A stretch of 24,836 nt of DNA from a virus (lineage: Duplodnaviria; Heunggongvirae; Uroviricota; Caudoviricetes). Of this stretch, positions 17,253 through 24,836 are shown piece after piece. Both the position numbers and the translations under genes were made by a program. Every line of letters begins with the position of its first letter. Within the stretch, counting starts at the first letter, position 1. A model generated the notes under the pieces. It was not told the origin of the DNA, made no database searches, and saw nothing but the letters and a program-made list of their open reading frames with translations. The stretch spans positions 1 through 24,836 of the IMG/VR virus record IMGVR_UViG_2703718834_000011; one strand, given 5' to 3'.

Positions 17253-17468
17253 ATGACGCTTGAGCGAATCAGCGCCTTTATCACGTATTGCATCGCCGTC
17301 GTGCTGGCCTGGCTGGGCGATTTGTCCATCAAGGATGCCTCAACGCTGGGCGGCCTGATGATTGGTGTGCTGATGCTGGCTATCAACTGGTACTACAAAC
17401 ATAAAGCCTACCAGCTTCTGCGCGACGGGCAGATCTCGCGGGAGGACTATGAATCCATCAATCGTTAA
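17253..17468 (+). CDS. Holin, class II (two predicted TMDs, 71 aa), possibly pinholin-type
   Basis: Two hydrophobic segments (ISAFITYCIAVVLAWLG; LGGLMIGVLMLAINWYY) and a charged C-terminus; immediately upstream of and overlapping the endolysin gene. Confidence 0.6.
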   Translation: MTLERISAFITYCIAVVLAWLGDLSIKDASTLGGLMIGVLMLAINWYYKHKAYQLLRDGQISREDYESINR

Positions 17469-17961
17469 ACGCTGCCTTGTCGGGGCCGTGCTGGCTATTG
17501 CAGCTACGTTGCCGGGTTTTCAGCAGCTTCACACCTCCGTGGAGGGGCTGAAACTAATTGCCGATTACGAAGGCTGCCGTCTGCAGCCGTATCAGTGCAG
17601 TGCAGGTGTCTGGACCGACGGCATTGGTAATACATCGGGCGTCATTCCCGGCAAAACAATCACGGAACGACAGGCAGCAGAAGGGCTGATTTCCAACGTG
17701 CTGCGTGTGGAGCGGGCACTGGAAAGGTGTGTGAAGCAACAGCCGCCGCAAAAGGTGTATGACGCGGTGGTGTCGTTTGCCTTCAACGTGGGAACGGGCA
17801 ATGCCTGCAGTTCCACACTGGTGAAATTACTCAATCAGCGGCTCTGGGCGGATGCGTGCCGACAGTTGCCGCGCTGGGTTTATGTTAAAGGTGTGTTTAA
17901 TCAGGGGCTGGATAACCGCCGTGCGCGGGAGATGGCCTGGTGCTTACAGGGAGCAAACTGA
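17449..17961 (+). CDS. SAR-endolysin (P21 R-type lysozyme with N-terminal signal-anchor-release segment)
   Basis: Hydrophobic N-terminus VKRCLVGAVLAIAATLPGF followed by lysozyme motifs GVWTDGIGNT and FAFNVGTGNACSSTLVKLLNQ, parallel to P21 R ([31 protein letters not shown]); GGGAGG RBS. Confidence 0.8.
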   Translation: MNPSIVKRCLVGAVLAIAATLPGFQQLHTSVEGLKLIADYEGCRLQPYQCSAGVWTDGIGNTSGVIPGKTITERQAAEGLISNVLRVERALERCVKQQPPQKVYDAVVSFAFNVGTGNACSSTLVKLLNQRLWADACRQLPRWVYVKGVFNQGLDNRRAREMAWCLQGAN

Positions 17962-17962
17962 A

Positions 17963-18340
17963 ATGAAAAAGAAAGTAATCAGCGGGCTGTTTCTGATGTT
18001 ATGGATAGCTCTGTTAATCGCCGCAATGGTGTATCCGCAGGGGATTTTTCCGGTACTGGCAGCATCTGGTGTCTGGGTAGCCTGTCTGCTGACATGGGCA
18101 GTAATTCCGGTAGCACTGGCTGCGTTAATTAAGAACGGCCCGCTCTGGCAGGAGTTGAGGGCATCTTTGCTGAAGAAAATTACCCGAAAAGAAAACGTAT
18201 TTATCAGCTGGATGATGCGATTGCTGATTGTCGTCAGTCTCGCCTGGACGGGGTGGGCTATTACCCTGGTCTTTTATCTGCTGACCGTTATTGCCTTCTG
18301 GATCACCCGTAATCAGATGGCGCAACAGGTAGCAGCATGA
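17963..18340 (+). CDS. lysA: LysA-like lysis-associated membrane protein (about 4 TMDs)
   Basis: ATG 17963 after the endolysin stop; highly hydrophobic 125-aa product; position matches P2 lysA. Confidence 0.6.
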   Translation: MKKKVISGLFLMLWIALLIAAMVYPQGIFPVLAASGVWVACLLTWAVIPVALAALIKNGPLWQELRASLLKKITRKENVFISWMMRLLIVVSLAWTGWAITLVFYLLTVIAFWITRNQMAQQVAA

Positions 18341-18765
18341 ACCGGTTGCTGCTGGTTGTGCTGGCGTTATTACTGGCGGCGCTGGGCTGGCAGACGTGGC
18401 GGCTGGCTGATGCCAGCCAGACCATCAGCACGCAGGCAGACGAGCTTCGGAGCAAAAGCCAGGCACTGGCAAAGAGTAACAGCCAGCTGATCAGCCTGTC
18501 CATTCTGACTGAAACCAATAACCGGGAGCAGGCGCGGCTCTATGCCGAAGCAGAACAGACCAGCGCACAGCTGAGACAACGACAACGCCGGATCGAGGAA
18601 CTGAAACGTGAGAACGAGGATTTACGCCACTGGGCTGATACTCCTTTGCCTGCTGACATTATCCGGCTGCGGGAACGTCCGGCACTCACCGGAGGTGCAG
18701 CTTACCGTCAGTGGTTGTCCGCGAGTGACGCCGTGTCGGCTGGAGCAGGCAGCACCGCGCACTAA
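18337..18765 (+). CDS. lysB: LysB, Rz-like inner-membrane spanin
   Basis: N-terminal TMD LLLVVLALLLAALGW followed by a coiled-coil-like Q/R/E-rich region; start overlaps the lysA stop. Confidence 0.75.
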   Translation: MNRLLLVVLALLLAALGWQTWRLADASQTISTQADELRSKSQALAKSNSQLISLSILTETNNREQARLYAEAEQTSAQLRQRQRRIEELKRENEDLRHWADTPLPADIIRLRERPALTGGAAYRQWLSASDAVSAGAGSTAH

Positions 18766-18898
18766 CGGTGATCTGAATGCGTTGCTGGATGAAACGGAGG
18801 CCGCCTGGGCGGTCTGTGCAGACAAAGTGAACATGATTATTGCGTGTCAGGAGCGAAACAGTGAACAAACCACAATCCCTGCGCCACGCCCTCAATAA
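18608..18898 (+). CDS. lysC: LysC, Rz1-like outer-membrane lipoprotein spanin, starting inside lysB in another frame
   Basis: Lipobox LLTLSGC after a hydrophobic leader; overlapped Rz/Rz1 architecture; track start at 18608 is GTG, so the exact start is uncertain. Confidence 0.6.
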   Translation: MRTRIYATGLILLCLLTLSGCGNVRHSPEVQLTVSGCPRVTPCRLEQAAPRTNGDLNALLDETEAAWAVCADKVNMIIACQERNSEQTTIPAPRPQ

Positions 18899-19292
18899 AG
18901 CGGTGCCTTATGTCCGCAATAACCCGGACAAACTGCATCTGTTTGTGGATAACGGTTCGCTGGTTGCCACGGGGGCCAGCTCCATGTCATGGGAGTACCG
19001 CTACACCCTGAACGTGGTGATTGAGGATTTCAGCGGCGACCAGAATCTGCTGATGGCCCCGGTTTTGCTGTGGCTGCGTGATAACCAGCCCGATGCCATC
19101 AATAACCCGGCGTTACGGGAAAAGCTATTCACCTTTGAGGTGGATATTCTGCGCAACGATGTCTGTGATATCAGCCTCAACCTGCAACTGACGGAGCGTG
19201 TGCTGGTCAGCACTGACGGCAGTGTGTCGAGCGTTGAAGCTATAGCGGAACCTGATGAACCTGAAGAAATGTGGACGGTGAAACGTGGCTGA
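18861..19292 (+). CDS. R: Tail completion protein R (P2 gpR family)
   Basis: From GTG 18861 (AGGAG RBS): VNKPQSLRHALNKAV...LHLFVDNGSL... parallels P2 R (MLKPDSLRRALTDAV...LRIFVDNGSI...); the ORF-track start 18840 is TTG. Confidence 0.8.
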   Translation: MNKPQSLRHALNKAVPYVRNNPDKLHLFVDNGSLVATGASSMSWEYRYTLNVVIEDFSGDQNLLMAPVLLWLRDNQPDAINNPALREKLFTFEVDILRNDVCDISLNLQLTERVLVSTDGSVSSVEAIAEPDEPEEMWTVKRG

Positions 19293-19737
19293 ACTGCAGA
19301 AAGTGGACGACTGGCTGAGTGCCTTGCTGGCGAATCTGGAGCCAGCCGCAAGAAGCCGCATGATGCGCCAGCTGGCGCAGGAACTACGCCGGACACAGCA
19401 GCAAAATATCAGAATGCAGCGCAATCCAGATGGCAGCAGTTATGAACCGCGACGGGTAACAGCACGCAGTAAAAAAGGCCGTATCAAACGTCAGATGTTT
19501 GCAAAGCTGCGCACCACAAAATACCTGAAAACTTCCGCCAGCGCCGACTCTGCCAGCGTGCAGTTTGAAGGCAAGGTACAGCGCATTGCCCGTGTTCACC
19601 ACTACGGATTGAGAGAGCGGATAGGTAAAAGAAGCAAAAGTATTAAATACCCAGCTCGCAGATTGCTGGGACAGACCCAAGAGAGTAACCAGATAATTCT
19701 AAACACTCTCTTGAGGTGGATGACAAAAGATAACTAA
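19285..19737 (+). CDS. S: Tail completion protein S (P2 gpS family)
   Basis: 150 aa; GTG start overlapping the R stop; the last codons lie in AT-rich sequence abutting the convergent SIR2-like gene. Confidence 0.78.
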   Translation: MAELQKVDDWLSALLANLEPAARSRMMRQLAQELRRTQQQNIRMQRNPDGSSYEPRRVTARSKKGRIKRQMFAKLRTTKYLKTSASADSASVQFEGKVQRIARVHHYGLRERIGKRSKSIKYPARRLLGQTQESNQIILNTLLRWMTKDN

Positions 19738-19740
19738 ATT

Positions 19741-21261
19741 CTAAGCTGGGGTTATCAGAGTATCAATTCTCTTGATATCTGCAGCCGTTGCGTGAGGGCA
19801 TTTTTTCAGGATGTTTAGCCATTTTTTATCTCTGGGTTGGTATTCTAAGTCACCATCGGTTTCAAGTTTCGAAAGAATGCCAACAATATCACTGTGGCTA
19901 ATCCAATCTTGTTTTTCTTTAAATACATTCCATGTTGCCCAGCACTTCCCTATTTCAGATGGGGACGACCATCGCATAATTTCTATTATATGGGATATTT
20001 TTTTGTCGAAACTTTCAGTGCCGGGGCTAGGGCTTATTCTTAAAATGTTAGAGAAAGGTACTTCAGCATAGTTGAAGTCCCAAACCCCTTCTGTTTCGAT
20101 GCACATTTTGACAACAGAAGCATGAAAATCTTGACGTATAAGCTCGTCAGGGTAACCGTGATTGTTGCTAAGTGTTATGACTACATTAACTAAAGCATCG
20201 AACTCTCTGTAGGGGATAATATTGTCTGGAGAAAGAAGTTTTCCGCCGAATTGAATGTACAATATTGGTTTCTTTAGAATGTCAATTATGGCTTTTGTCA
20301 CGGCCCAGCTTGCAGCTCTTTGAGGACATAAGGCTTCTAGTTCCGCTTTTTTATTTTTTTTTCCTTTCGTAACGGTATCCATTACAGTTTTTATTTTGGG
20401 AAGAACATGTTCGTGCTCAAGGTTGAAACGATGAGGTGATTCTTTAAAGGATTTATATTCCTGAGATAAATCTGCAAGGAAGTCTTCTATGGTTGCTTTA
20501 ATCAGGTGTATATTTTTTGATTTAAATAAATACTTTGTCTCCTCGAAAGTTAAAGGGTTTGCATCTGGGTGAATTACCATGAATGCTGGCGGGTTTTTTC
20601 CATGCAGATGTGCTAATGCTTCTTCATAAAGGAAACCTATATTTGGGTCGGTTAAGCTGTAACCGATGAATATAGGGGACATTTCTGAAAACAATGTGTA
20701 AATTTTTCGGCTAAGATAAGTGTCTTCGCGCTGAAAAGAAAAGTATTGACTTTGTGTTATAACAATCGAATCAGGTTTTCCGACGTCACCATGAATTTTG
20801 AAGATATTTTTCCCTTTTGTTGATACTTTAGGGAATGGATCCTTTCTGATGATTTTATTTGCCATATGCTCAAATGTTTCTTCAAGCACCTCATCCCAGT
20901 TAGTTGTTACAATTGTATTGGGAGCGAAGAGTTTGAATCTTTTAAGCCATCTTGGTTCTTTAGTTTCTGTTTTTAAATCTATAATCGTCCTGGCAACGAG
21001 CGAATTGAAATCATATTCTTTTATTGATGATTCACTCATCGCATAACTTAAAAGTAATTCTGCAGCACGCAGAGGCTGTGATGAATCTAATTTTAACGGG
21101 TACTCTATTCGCTTTGCTATTTCTTCAAGTACGGCCCCCCAACTTGGATATCCGAAATTGTACGAAAATCCAGAGCCAATCCAGAGGAAATAACTCTTTG
21201 AAAATACTGATGATAATAGGGATTTTTTATTTTCTGAAGATAATTGATCTAAGCAACTCAT
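19741..21261 (-). CDS. SIR2-domain protein (defence-type sirtuin-like NADase fold at N-terminus, uncharacterised C-terminal domain), about 506 aa, AT-rich insertion between S and V
   Basis: Motifs FLWIGSGFS (GAGxS-like Rossmann loop), IVTTNWDEVLE (TTNxD) and IFKIHGDV (catalytic His) in the order seen in ThsA/DSR-type SIR2 domains; start set at ATG 21259-21261 with GGAAGGA RBS (track start 21330 is GTG). Confidence 0.65.
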   Translation of the reverse strand: MSCLDQLSSENKKSLLSSVFSKSYFLWIGSGFSYNFGYPSWGAVLEEIAKRIEYPLKLDSSQPLRAAELLLSYAMSESSIKEYDFNSLVARTIIDLKTETKEPRWLKRFKLFAPNTIVTTNWDEVLEETFEHMANKIIRKDPFPKVSTKGKNIFKIHGDVGKPDSIVITQSQYFSFQREDTYLSRKIYTLFSEMSPIFIGYSLTDPNIGFLYEEALAHLHGKNPPAFMVIHPDANPLTFEETKYLFKSKNIHLIKATIEDFLADLSQEYKSFKESPHRFNLEHEHVLPKIKTVMDTVTKGKKNKKAELEALCPQRAASWAVTKAIIDILKKPILYIQFGGKLLSPDNIIPYREFDALVNVVITLSNNHGYPDELIRQDFHASVVKMCIETEGVWDFNYAEVPFSNILRISPSPGTESFDKKISHIIEIMRWSSPSEIGKCWATWNVFKEKQDWISHSDIVGILSKLETDGDLEYQPRDKKWLNILKKCPHATAADIKRIDTLITPA

Positions 21262-21295
21262 AAGAATCCTTCCAAAACAGATTTGATGATCATCT

Positions 21296-21313
21296 TGTGT
21301 GGGTGACTGCACA
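21296..21313. promoter_or_regulatory. TGT-N12-ACA dyad (TGTgtgggtgactgcACA), candidate late-activator site for the V-W-J-I-H operon
   Basis: Near-identical to the dyad at 13846-13863; 47 bp upstream of the V ATG, between divergent SIR2-like and V genes. Confidence 0.4.
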
Positions 21314-21359
21314 AACCTCTTTAATATCACTGTCGTTTACGATAGGCAATGATTTCCAT

Positions 21360-21938
21360 ATGAACGCACAACTAACCGAAATCATGCGCCTTATCACCAA
21401 CCTGATCCGCACCGGCACCGTGACCGAAGTGGATCGGGAAAACTGGCTTTGCCGGGTGAAAACAGGCGACCTCGAAACCAACTGGATTAACTGGCTGACG
21501 CTGCGTGCCGGTGGTGCCCGTACATGGTGGTGTCCGTCGCCGGATGAGCAGGTGGTGGTGCTGAGCATGGGGGGCAATCTGGAAACCGCTTTTGTGCTGC
21601 CCGCCATCTACTCCAGTCAGTTTGCGCCTCCGTCGGATTCCGTGGACGGCTGCGTGACGGAGTACCCGGACGGCGGCAGGTTTGAGTACGAACCCGCCAC
21701 CGGGCGATGGTACGTCCGGGGTATCAAATCCATGGTGATCGAGGCGGCAGACAATATCACCCTCAAAACCGGTCAGTTTGTGGTGGAGGCTGACACCACG
21801 CGCATCAACAGCGAGGTGGTGATCAATGGTGGCGTCACCCAAGGCGGCGGCGCGATGAGTTCCAACGGAGTCGTGGTTGACGACCATGAGCATACTGGCG
21901 TCCTGAAAGGCGGCGATACAACCGGAGGCCCGGTATGA
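21360..21938 (+). CDS. V: Baseplate spike / assembly protein V (P2 gpV family)
   Basis: MNAQLTEIMRLITNLIRTGTV...WLTLRAGGARTWWCPS...AFVLPAIYS parallels P2 V (MNTLANIQELARALRNMIRTG...WLTHRAGRSRTWWAPS...AFVLPGIYS); start at ATG 21360. Confidence 0.85.
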   Translation: MNAQLTEIMRLITNLIRTGTVTEVDRENWLCRVKTGDLETNWINWLTLRAGGARTWWCPSPDEQVVVLSMGGNLETAFVLPAIYSSQFAPPSDSVDGCVTEYPDGGRFEYEPATGRWYVRGIKSMVIEAADNITLKTGQFVVEADTTRINSEVVINGGVTQGGGAMSSNGVVVDDHEHTGVLKGGDTTGGPV

Positions 21939-22294
21939 CGCTTTATATCGGGATGAACAATACCAGCGGTAAAGCCATTACTGATATTGACCATCTGCGC
22001 CAGTCGGTGCGGGACATTCTGCTGACACCGCAGGGTAGCCGTATTGCCCGTCGGGAATATGGTTCTCTGCTGTCGGCACTGATAGACCAGCCACAAAATC
22101 CGGCATTACGCCTGCAGGTCATGTCGGCAGTGTATGTGGCGCTGAGTCGCTGGGAGCCACGGCTGACGCTGGATTCCATCACCATTAACAGCAATTTTGA
22201 CGGTTCAATGGTGGTGGAGCTGACCGGGCGGCGTAATAACGGTGTGCCTGTTTCCCTTTCCGTATCAACAGGAGCAGAGAATGGCAGTGATTGA
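21935..22294 (+). CDS. W: Baseplate wedge protein W (P2 gpW family, gp25-like)
   Basis: 119 aa; ATG overlapping the V stop (ATGA); conserved V-W-J order. Confidence 0.85.
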   Translation: MTLYIGMNNTSGKAITDIDHLRQSVRDILLTPQGSRIARREYGSLLSALIDQPQNPALRLQVMSAVYVALSRWEPRLTLDSITINSNFDGSMVVELTGRRNNGVPVSLSVSTGAENGSD

Positions 22295-23189
22295 CCTTTC
22301 GCAGTTGCCTGCGCCGCAGATTGTGGATGTGCCGGACTTTGAGACGCTGCTTGCCGCACGCAAGGCAGAATTTGTGGCGCTTCATCCGAAAGATGAACAG
22401 GAGGCTGTGATGCGTACGCTGGAACTGGAATCTGAACCCGTCACCAAATTGTTGCAGGAGAACGCTTACCGTGAGTTGCTTCTGCGCCAGCGCATTAACG
22501 AAGCCGCGCAGGCGGTAATGGTGGCTTACGCGATGGGCGGCGATCTTGACCAGCTCGCCGCCAATTACAACGTGAAACGCCTGACGGTGACACCTGCTGA
22601 TGATGACGCTGTGCCGCCCGTTGCAGCAGTGATGGAAAGCGATGAAGCGTTACGCCTGCGTGTGCCTGCAGCCTTTGAGGGGCTTTCAGTTGCGGGACCA
22701 ACTGCCGCTTATGAATTTCATGCCCGAAGCGCCGACGGTCGGGTGGCGGATGCCAGTGCAACCAGTCCGGCACCTGCAGAGGTGGTGCTGACTGTCCTTA
22801 GCCGCGAAGGCGACGGAACAGCAGAAAAAGACTTGCTGGATGTGGTGGAGAAAGCCCTGAACAGTGAGAACGTCCGCCCGGTGGCTGACCGTCTGACGGT
22901 TCGCAGCGCAGAAATCATCCCGTACCGTGTGGAAGCCACCATTTTTCTTTATCCGGGACCGGAAGCAGAGCCGGTAATGGCAGCGGCAAAAGTCAGCCTG
23001 CAGAGGTACATCGCCAGTCAGACGCGGCTCGGTCGGGATATTCGCCGTAGTGCTATTTGTGCCGCGCTGCATGTTGAGGGTGTTCAGCGTGTGGAACTGG
23101 CTTCACCGCTGGCTGATGTGGTCCTGAACAAAACACAGGCCGCATCATGTACGCAGTGGAGCGTAACCAACGGAGGAACGGATGAATAG
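22281..23189 (+). CDS. J: Baseplate assembly protein J (P2 gpJ family)
   Basis: Start at ATG 22281 with GGAG RBS (the track extension from 22242 is rejected); about 302 aa as in P2 J. Confidence 0.85.
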   Translation: MAVIDLSQLPAPQIVDVPDFETLLAARKAEFVALHPKDEQEAVMRTLELESEPVTKLLQENAYRELLLRQRINEAAQAVMVAYAMGGDLDQLAANYNVKRLTVTPADDDAVPPVAAVMESDEALRLRVPAAFEGLSVAGPTAAYEFHARSADGRVADASATSPAPAEVVLTVLSREGDGTAEKDLLDVVEKALNSENVRPVADRLTVRSAEIIPYRVEATIFLYPGPEAEPVMAAAKVSLQRYIASQTRLGRDIRRSAICAALHVEGVQRVELASPLADVVLNKTQAASCTQWSVTNGGTDE

Positions 23190-23787
23190 TCTGCTGCCAC
23201 CGGGTTCAACTTCACTGGAGCGCCGACTGGCGCAGACCTGTAGCGGGATTTCTGATCTGCAGGTGCCGCTGCGTGATTTGTGGAATCCGGCTACCTGTCC
23301 GGTCAGCTTCCTGCCTTATCTCGCCTGGGCGTTCTCTGTGGATCGCTGGGACGAGGGCTGGACAGAAAGCGTCAAGCGCCAGGTGGTGAAGGATGCTTTT
23401 TATATTCATCAGCATAAAGGGACCACCAGTGCCGTGCGTCGGGTGGTGGAGCCGTTCGGCTTTCTGATCCGCATTATTGAGTGGTGGCAGACCGGAGAGA
23501 CACCGGGCACGTTTCGTCTGGATATCGGCGTGCAGGACCAGGGCATCACTGAAGATACCTATCTGGAACTTGAGCGACTGATAAGCGATGCCAAACCATG
23601 TAGCCGTCACATGATCGGCATGTCCATCAATCTGCAGACCAGCGGCCCGCATTGGGTGGGAGCCGCCAGTTATCTTGGCGAAGAAATCACGATCTATCCG
23701 TATATCAACGAAACAATTATTTCCGGCGGCACCGCGCATGAAGGCGGGGCGGTCCATGTTATTGACACAATGAGAGTGAATCCATGA
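23182..23787 (+). CDS. I: Tail / baseplate protein I (P2 gpI family)
   Basis: 201 aa; start overlaps the J 3' end; precedes the tail-fibre gene. Confidence 0.82.
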   Translation: MNSLLPPGSTSLERRLAQTCSGISDLQVPLRDLWNPATCPVSFLPYLAWAFSVDRWDEGWTESVKRQVVKDAFYIHQHKGTTSAVRRVVEPFGFLIRIIEWWQTGETPGTFRLDIGVQDQGITEDTYLELERLISDAKPCSRHMIGMSINLQTSGPHWVGAASYLGEEITIYPYINETIISGGTAHEGGAVHVIDTMRVNP

Positions 23788-24836
23788 GCACAAAATTTTA
23801 TACCCTGCTGACGGATATTGGCGCGGCGAAACTTGCCAGCGCCGCCGCGCTCGGTGTGCCGCTAAAAATTACCCATATGGCGGTGGGCGATGGCGGCGGA
23901 GCATTGCCGACGCCGGACGCAAAGCAGACGGCACTGGTAAATGAGAAACGCCGGGCTGCGCTGAATATGCTCTATATCGACCCGCAGAACAGCAGCCAGA
24001 TTATTGCTGAACAGGTGATCCCTGAAAATGAGGGTGGTTGGTGGATACGTGAAGTGGGTCTGTTTGATGAGTCCGGGGCATTGATTGCCGTAGGCAACTG
24101 CCCGGAAAGCTATAAGCCGCAACTGGCTGAAGGCAGCGGGCGCACCCAGACCGTGCGCATGGTGTTGATTACCAGCAGCACGGACAATATCACCCTGAAA
24201 ATCGACCCTGCCGTCGTGCTGGCAACCCGCAAGTATGTGGATGACAAGGTACTGGAGCTGAAGGTGTTCGTGGATGATAAGATGGCAAAACATCTTGCCG
24301 CACCGGACCCGCATTCACAGTATGCACCCAAAGAAAGCCCGACATTGACCGGAACACCCAAAGCGCCAACGCCAGCGGAGGGGAATAACACCACGCAGAT
24401 TGCGACCACCGCGTTTGTTCAGGCGGCACTGATGGCCCTTATTAATGGTGCGCCAGCCACACTGGATACGCTGAAAGAAATTGCCGCTGCCATTAATAAT
24501 GACCCGAAATTCAGTACCACCATTAACAATGCGCTGGCACTGAAAGCGCCGCTGTCAAGTCCGGCACTCACCGGAACGCCAACAGCCCCCACTGCCGCAC
24601 AGTCGGTTAACAATACACAGATTGCCACTACGGCTTTTGTGAAATCGGCGATTGCGGCAATGGTGGGTTCTGCACCTGCGGCACTGGATACACTGAACGA
24701 ACTGGCGGCGGCGCTGGGGAATGACCCGAACTTTGCCACGACAATGCTTAATGCACTGGCAGGTAAACAACCGCTGGACAATACGCTGACTAATTTGAGT
24801 GGAAAGGATGTAGCTGGTCTTCTCGCATACCTTGGT
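23784..24836 (+). CDS. H: Tail fibre protein H, N-terminal part (truncated by window end)
   Basis: ATG at 23784 overlapping the I stop; open frame to the window end; MSTKFYTLLTDIGAAKLASAAALGVPLKITHMAVGDGGGALPTPDAKQTAL... is the conserved tail-fibre N-terminus; not in the ORF track because no stop codon is reached. Confidence 0.85.
   Translation, partial: MSTKFYTLLTDIGAAKLASAAALGVPLKITHMAVGDGGGALPTPDAKQTALVNEKRRAALNMLYIDPQNSSQIIAEQVIPENEGGWWIREVGLFDESGALIAVGNCPESYKPQLAEGSGRTQTVRMVLITSSTDNITLKIDPAVVLATRKYVDDKVLELKVFVDDKMAKHLAAPDPHSQYAPKESPTLTGTPKAPTPAEGNNTTQIATTAFVQAALMALINGAPATLDTLKEIAAAINNDPKFSTTINNALALKAPLSSPALTGTPTAPTAAQSVNNTQIATTAFVKSAIAAMVGSAPAALDTLNELAAALGNDPNFATTMLNALAGKQPLDNTLTNLSGKDVAGLLAYLG
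24338..24781 (+). repeat. Two tandem copies of an about 222-bp (74-aa) repeat inside H
   Basis: Peptide units PTLTGTPKAPTPAEGNNTTQIATTAFVQAALMALINGAPATLDTLKEIAAAINNDPKFSTTINNALALKAPL and PALTGTPTAPTAAQSVNNTQIATTAFVKSAIAAMVGSAPAALDTLNELAAALGNDPNFATTMLNALAGKQPL align along their length; the DNA copies have diverged. Confidence 0.7.

Noticed and set aside
21290-22385. Antisense ORFs within V/W/J (21290..21607, 21372..21893, 21773..22096, 21943..22359)
   Set aside because: Same reasoning: embedded in well-supported baseplate genes with compositionally biased translations.
24110-24781. Minus-strand ORFs at the right edge (24110..24409, 24190..24429, 24419..24781, 24555..24770)
   Set aside because: They lie antisense to the tail-fibre H coding region and are generated by its Ala/Thr-rich repeats; H itself is absent from the track only because it has no stop inside the window.

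Overview
The window is almost entirely a P2/186-family temperate myovirus prophage, read from the stop codon of its integrase (position 1) to a truncated tail-fibre gene H at the right edge. Order: int, small secreted ORF, 186-type CI repressor (minus strand); divergent early operon apl-cII-small ORFs-TraR-like zinc finger-Dam methylase-replication protein A; a LexA-box-preceded small ORF plus DinI-like gene; an accessory island around the cos-like site; then Q and P (minus), O-N-M-L-X, lysis cassette, R-S, an AT-rich minus-strand insertion, and V-W-J-I-H. Three accessory loci stand out as candidate anti-phage or moron cargo: (1) a phosphoribosyltransferase plus SLOG/DprA-like gene pair between A and cos (ShosTA-like but compact); (2) a lone AT-rich P-loop NTPase wedged between cos and portal gene Q; (3) an AT-rich SIR2-domain protein inserted between S and V. 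All calls rest on reading the translations, motifs and gene order by eye; no database search was run, and several ORF-track starts are non-ATG, so I re-anchored starts on ATG/GTG codons with a Shine-Dalgarno where visible.
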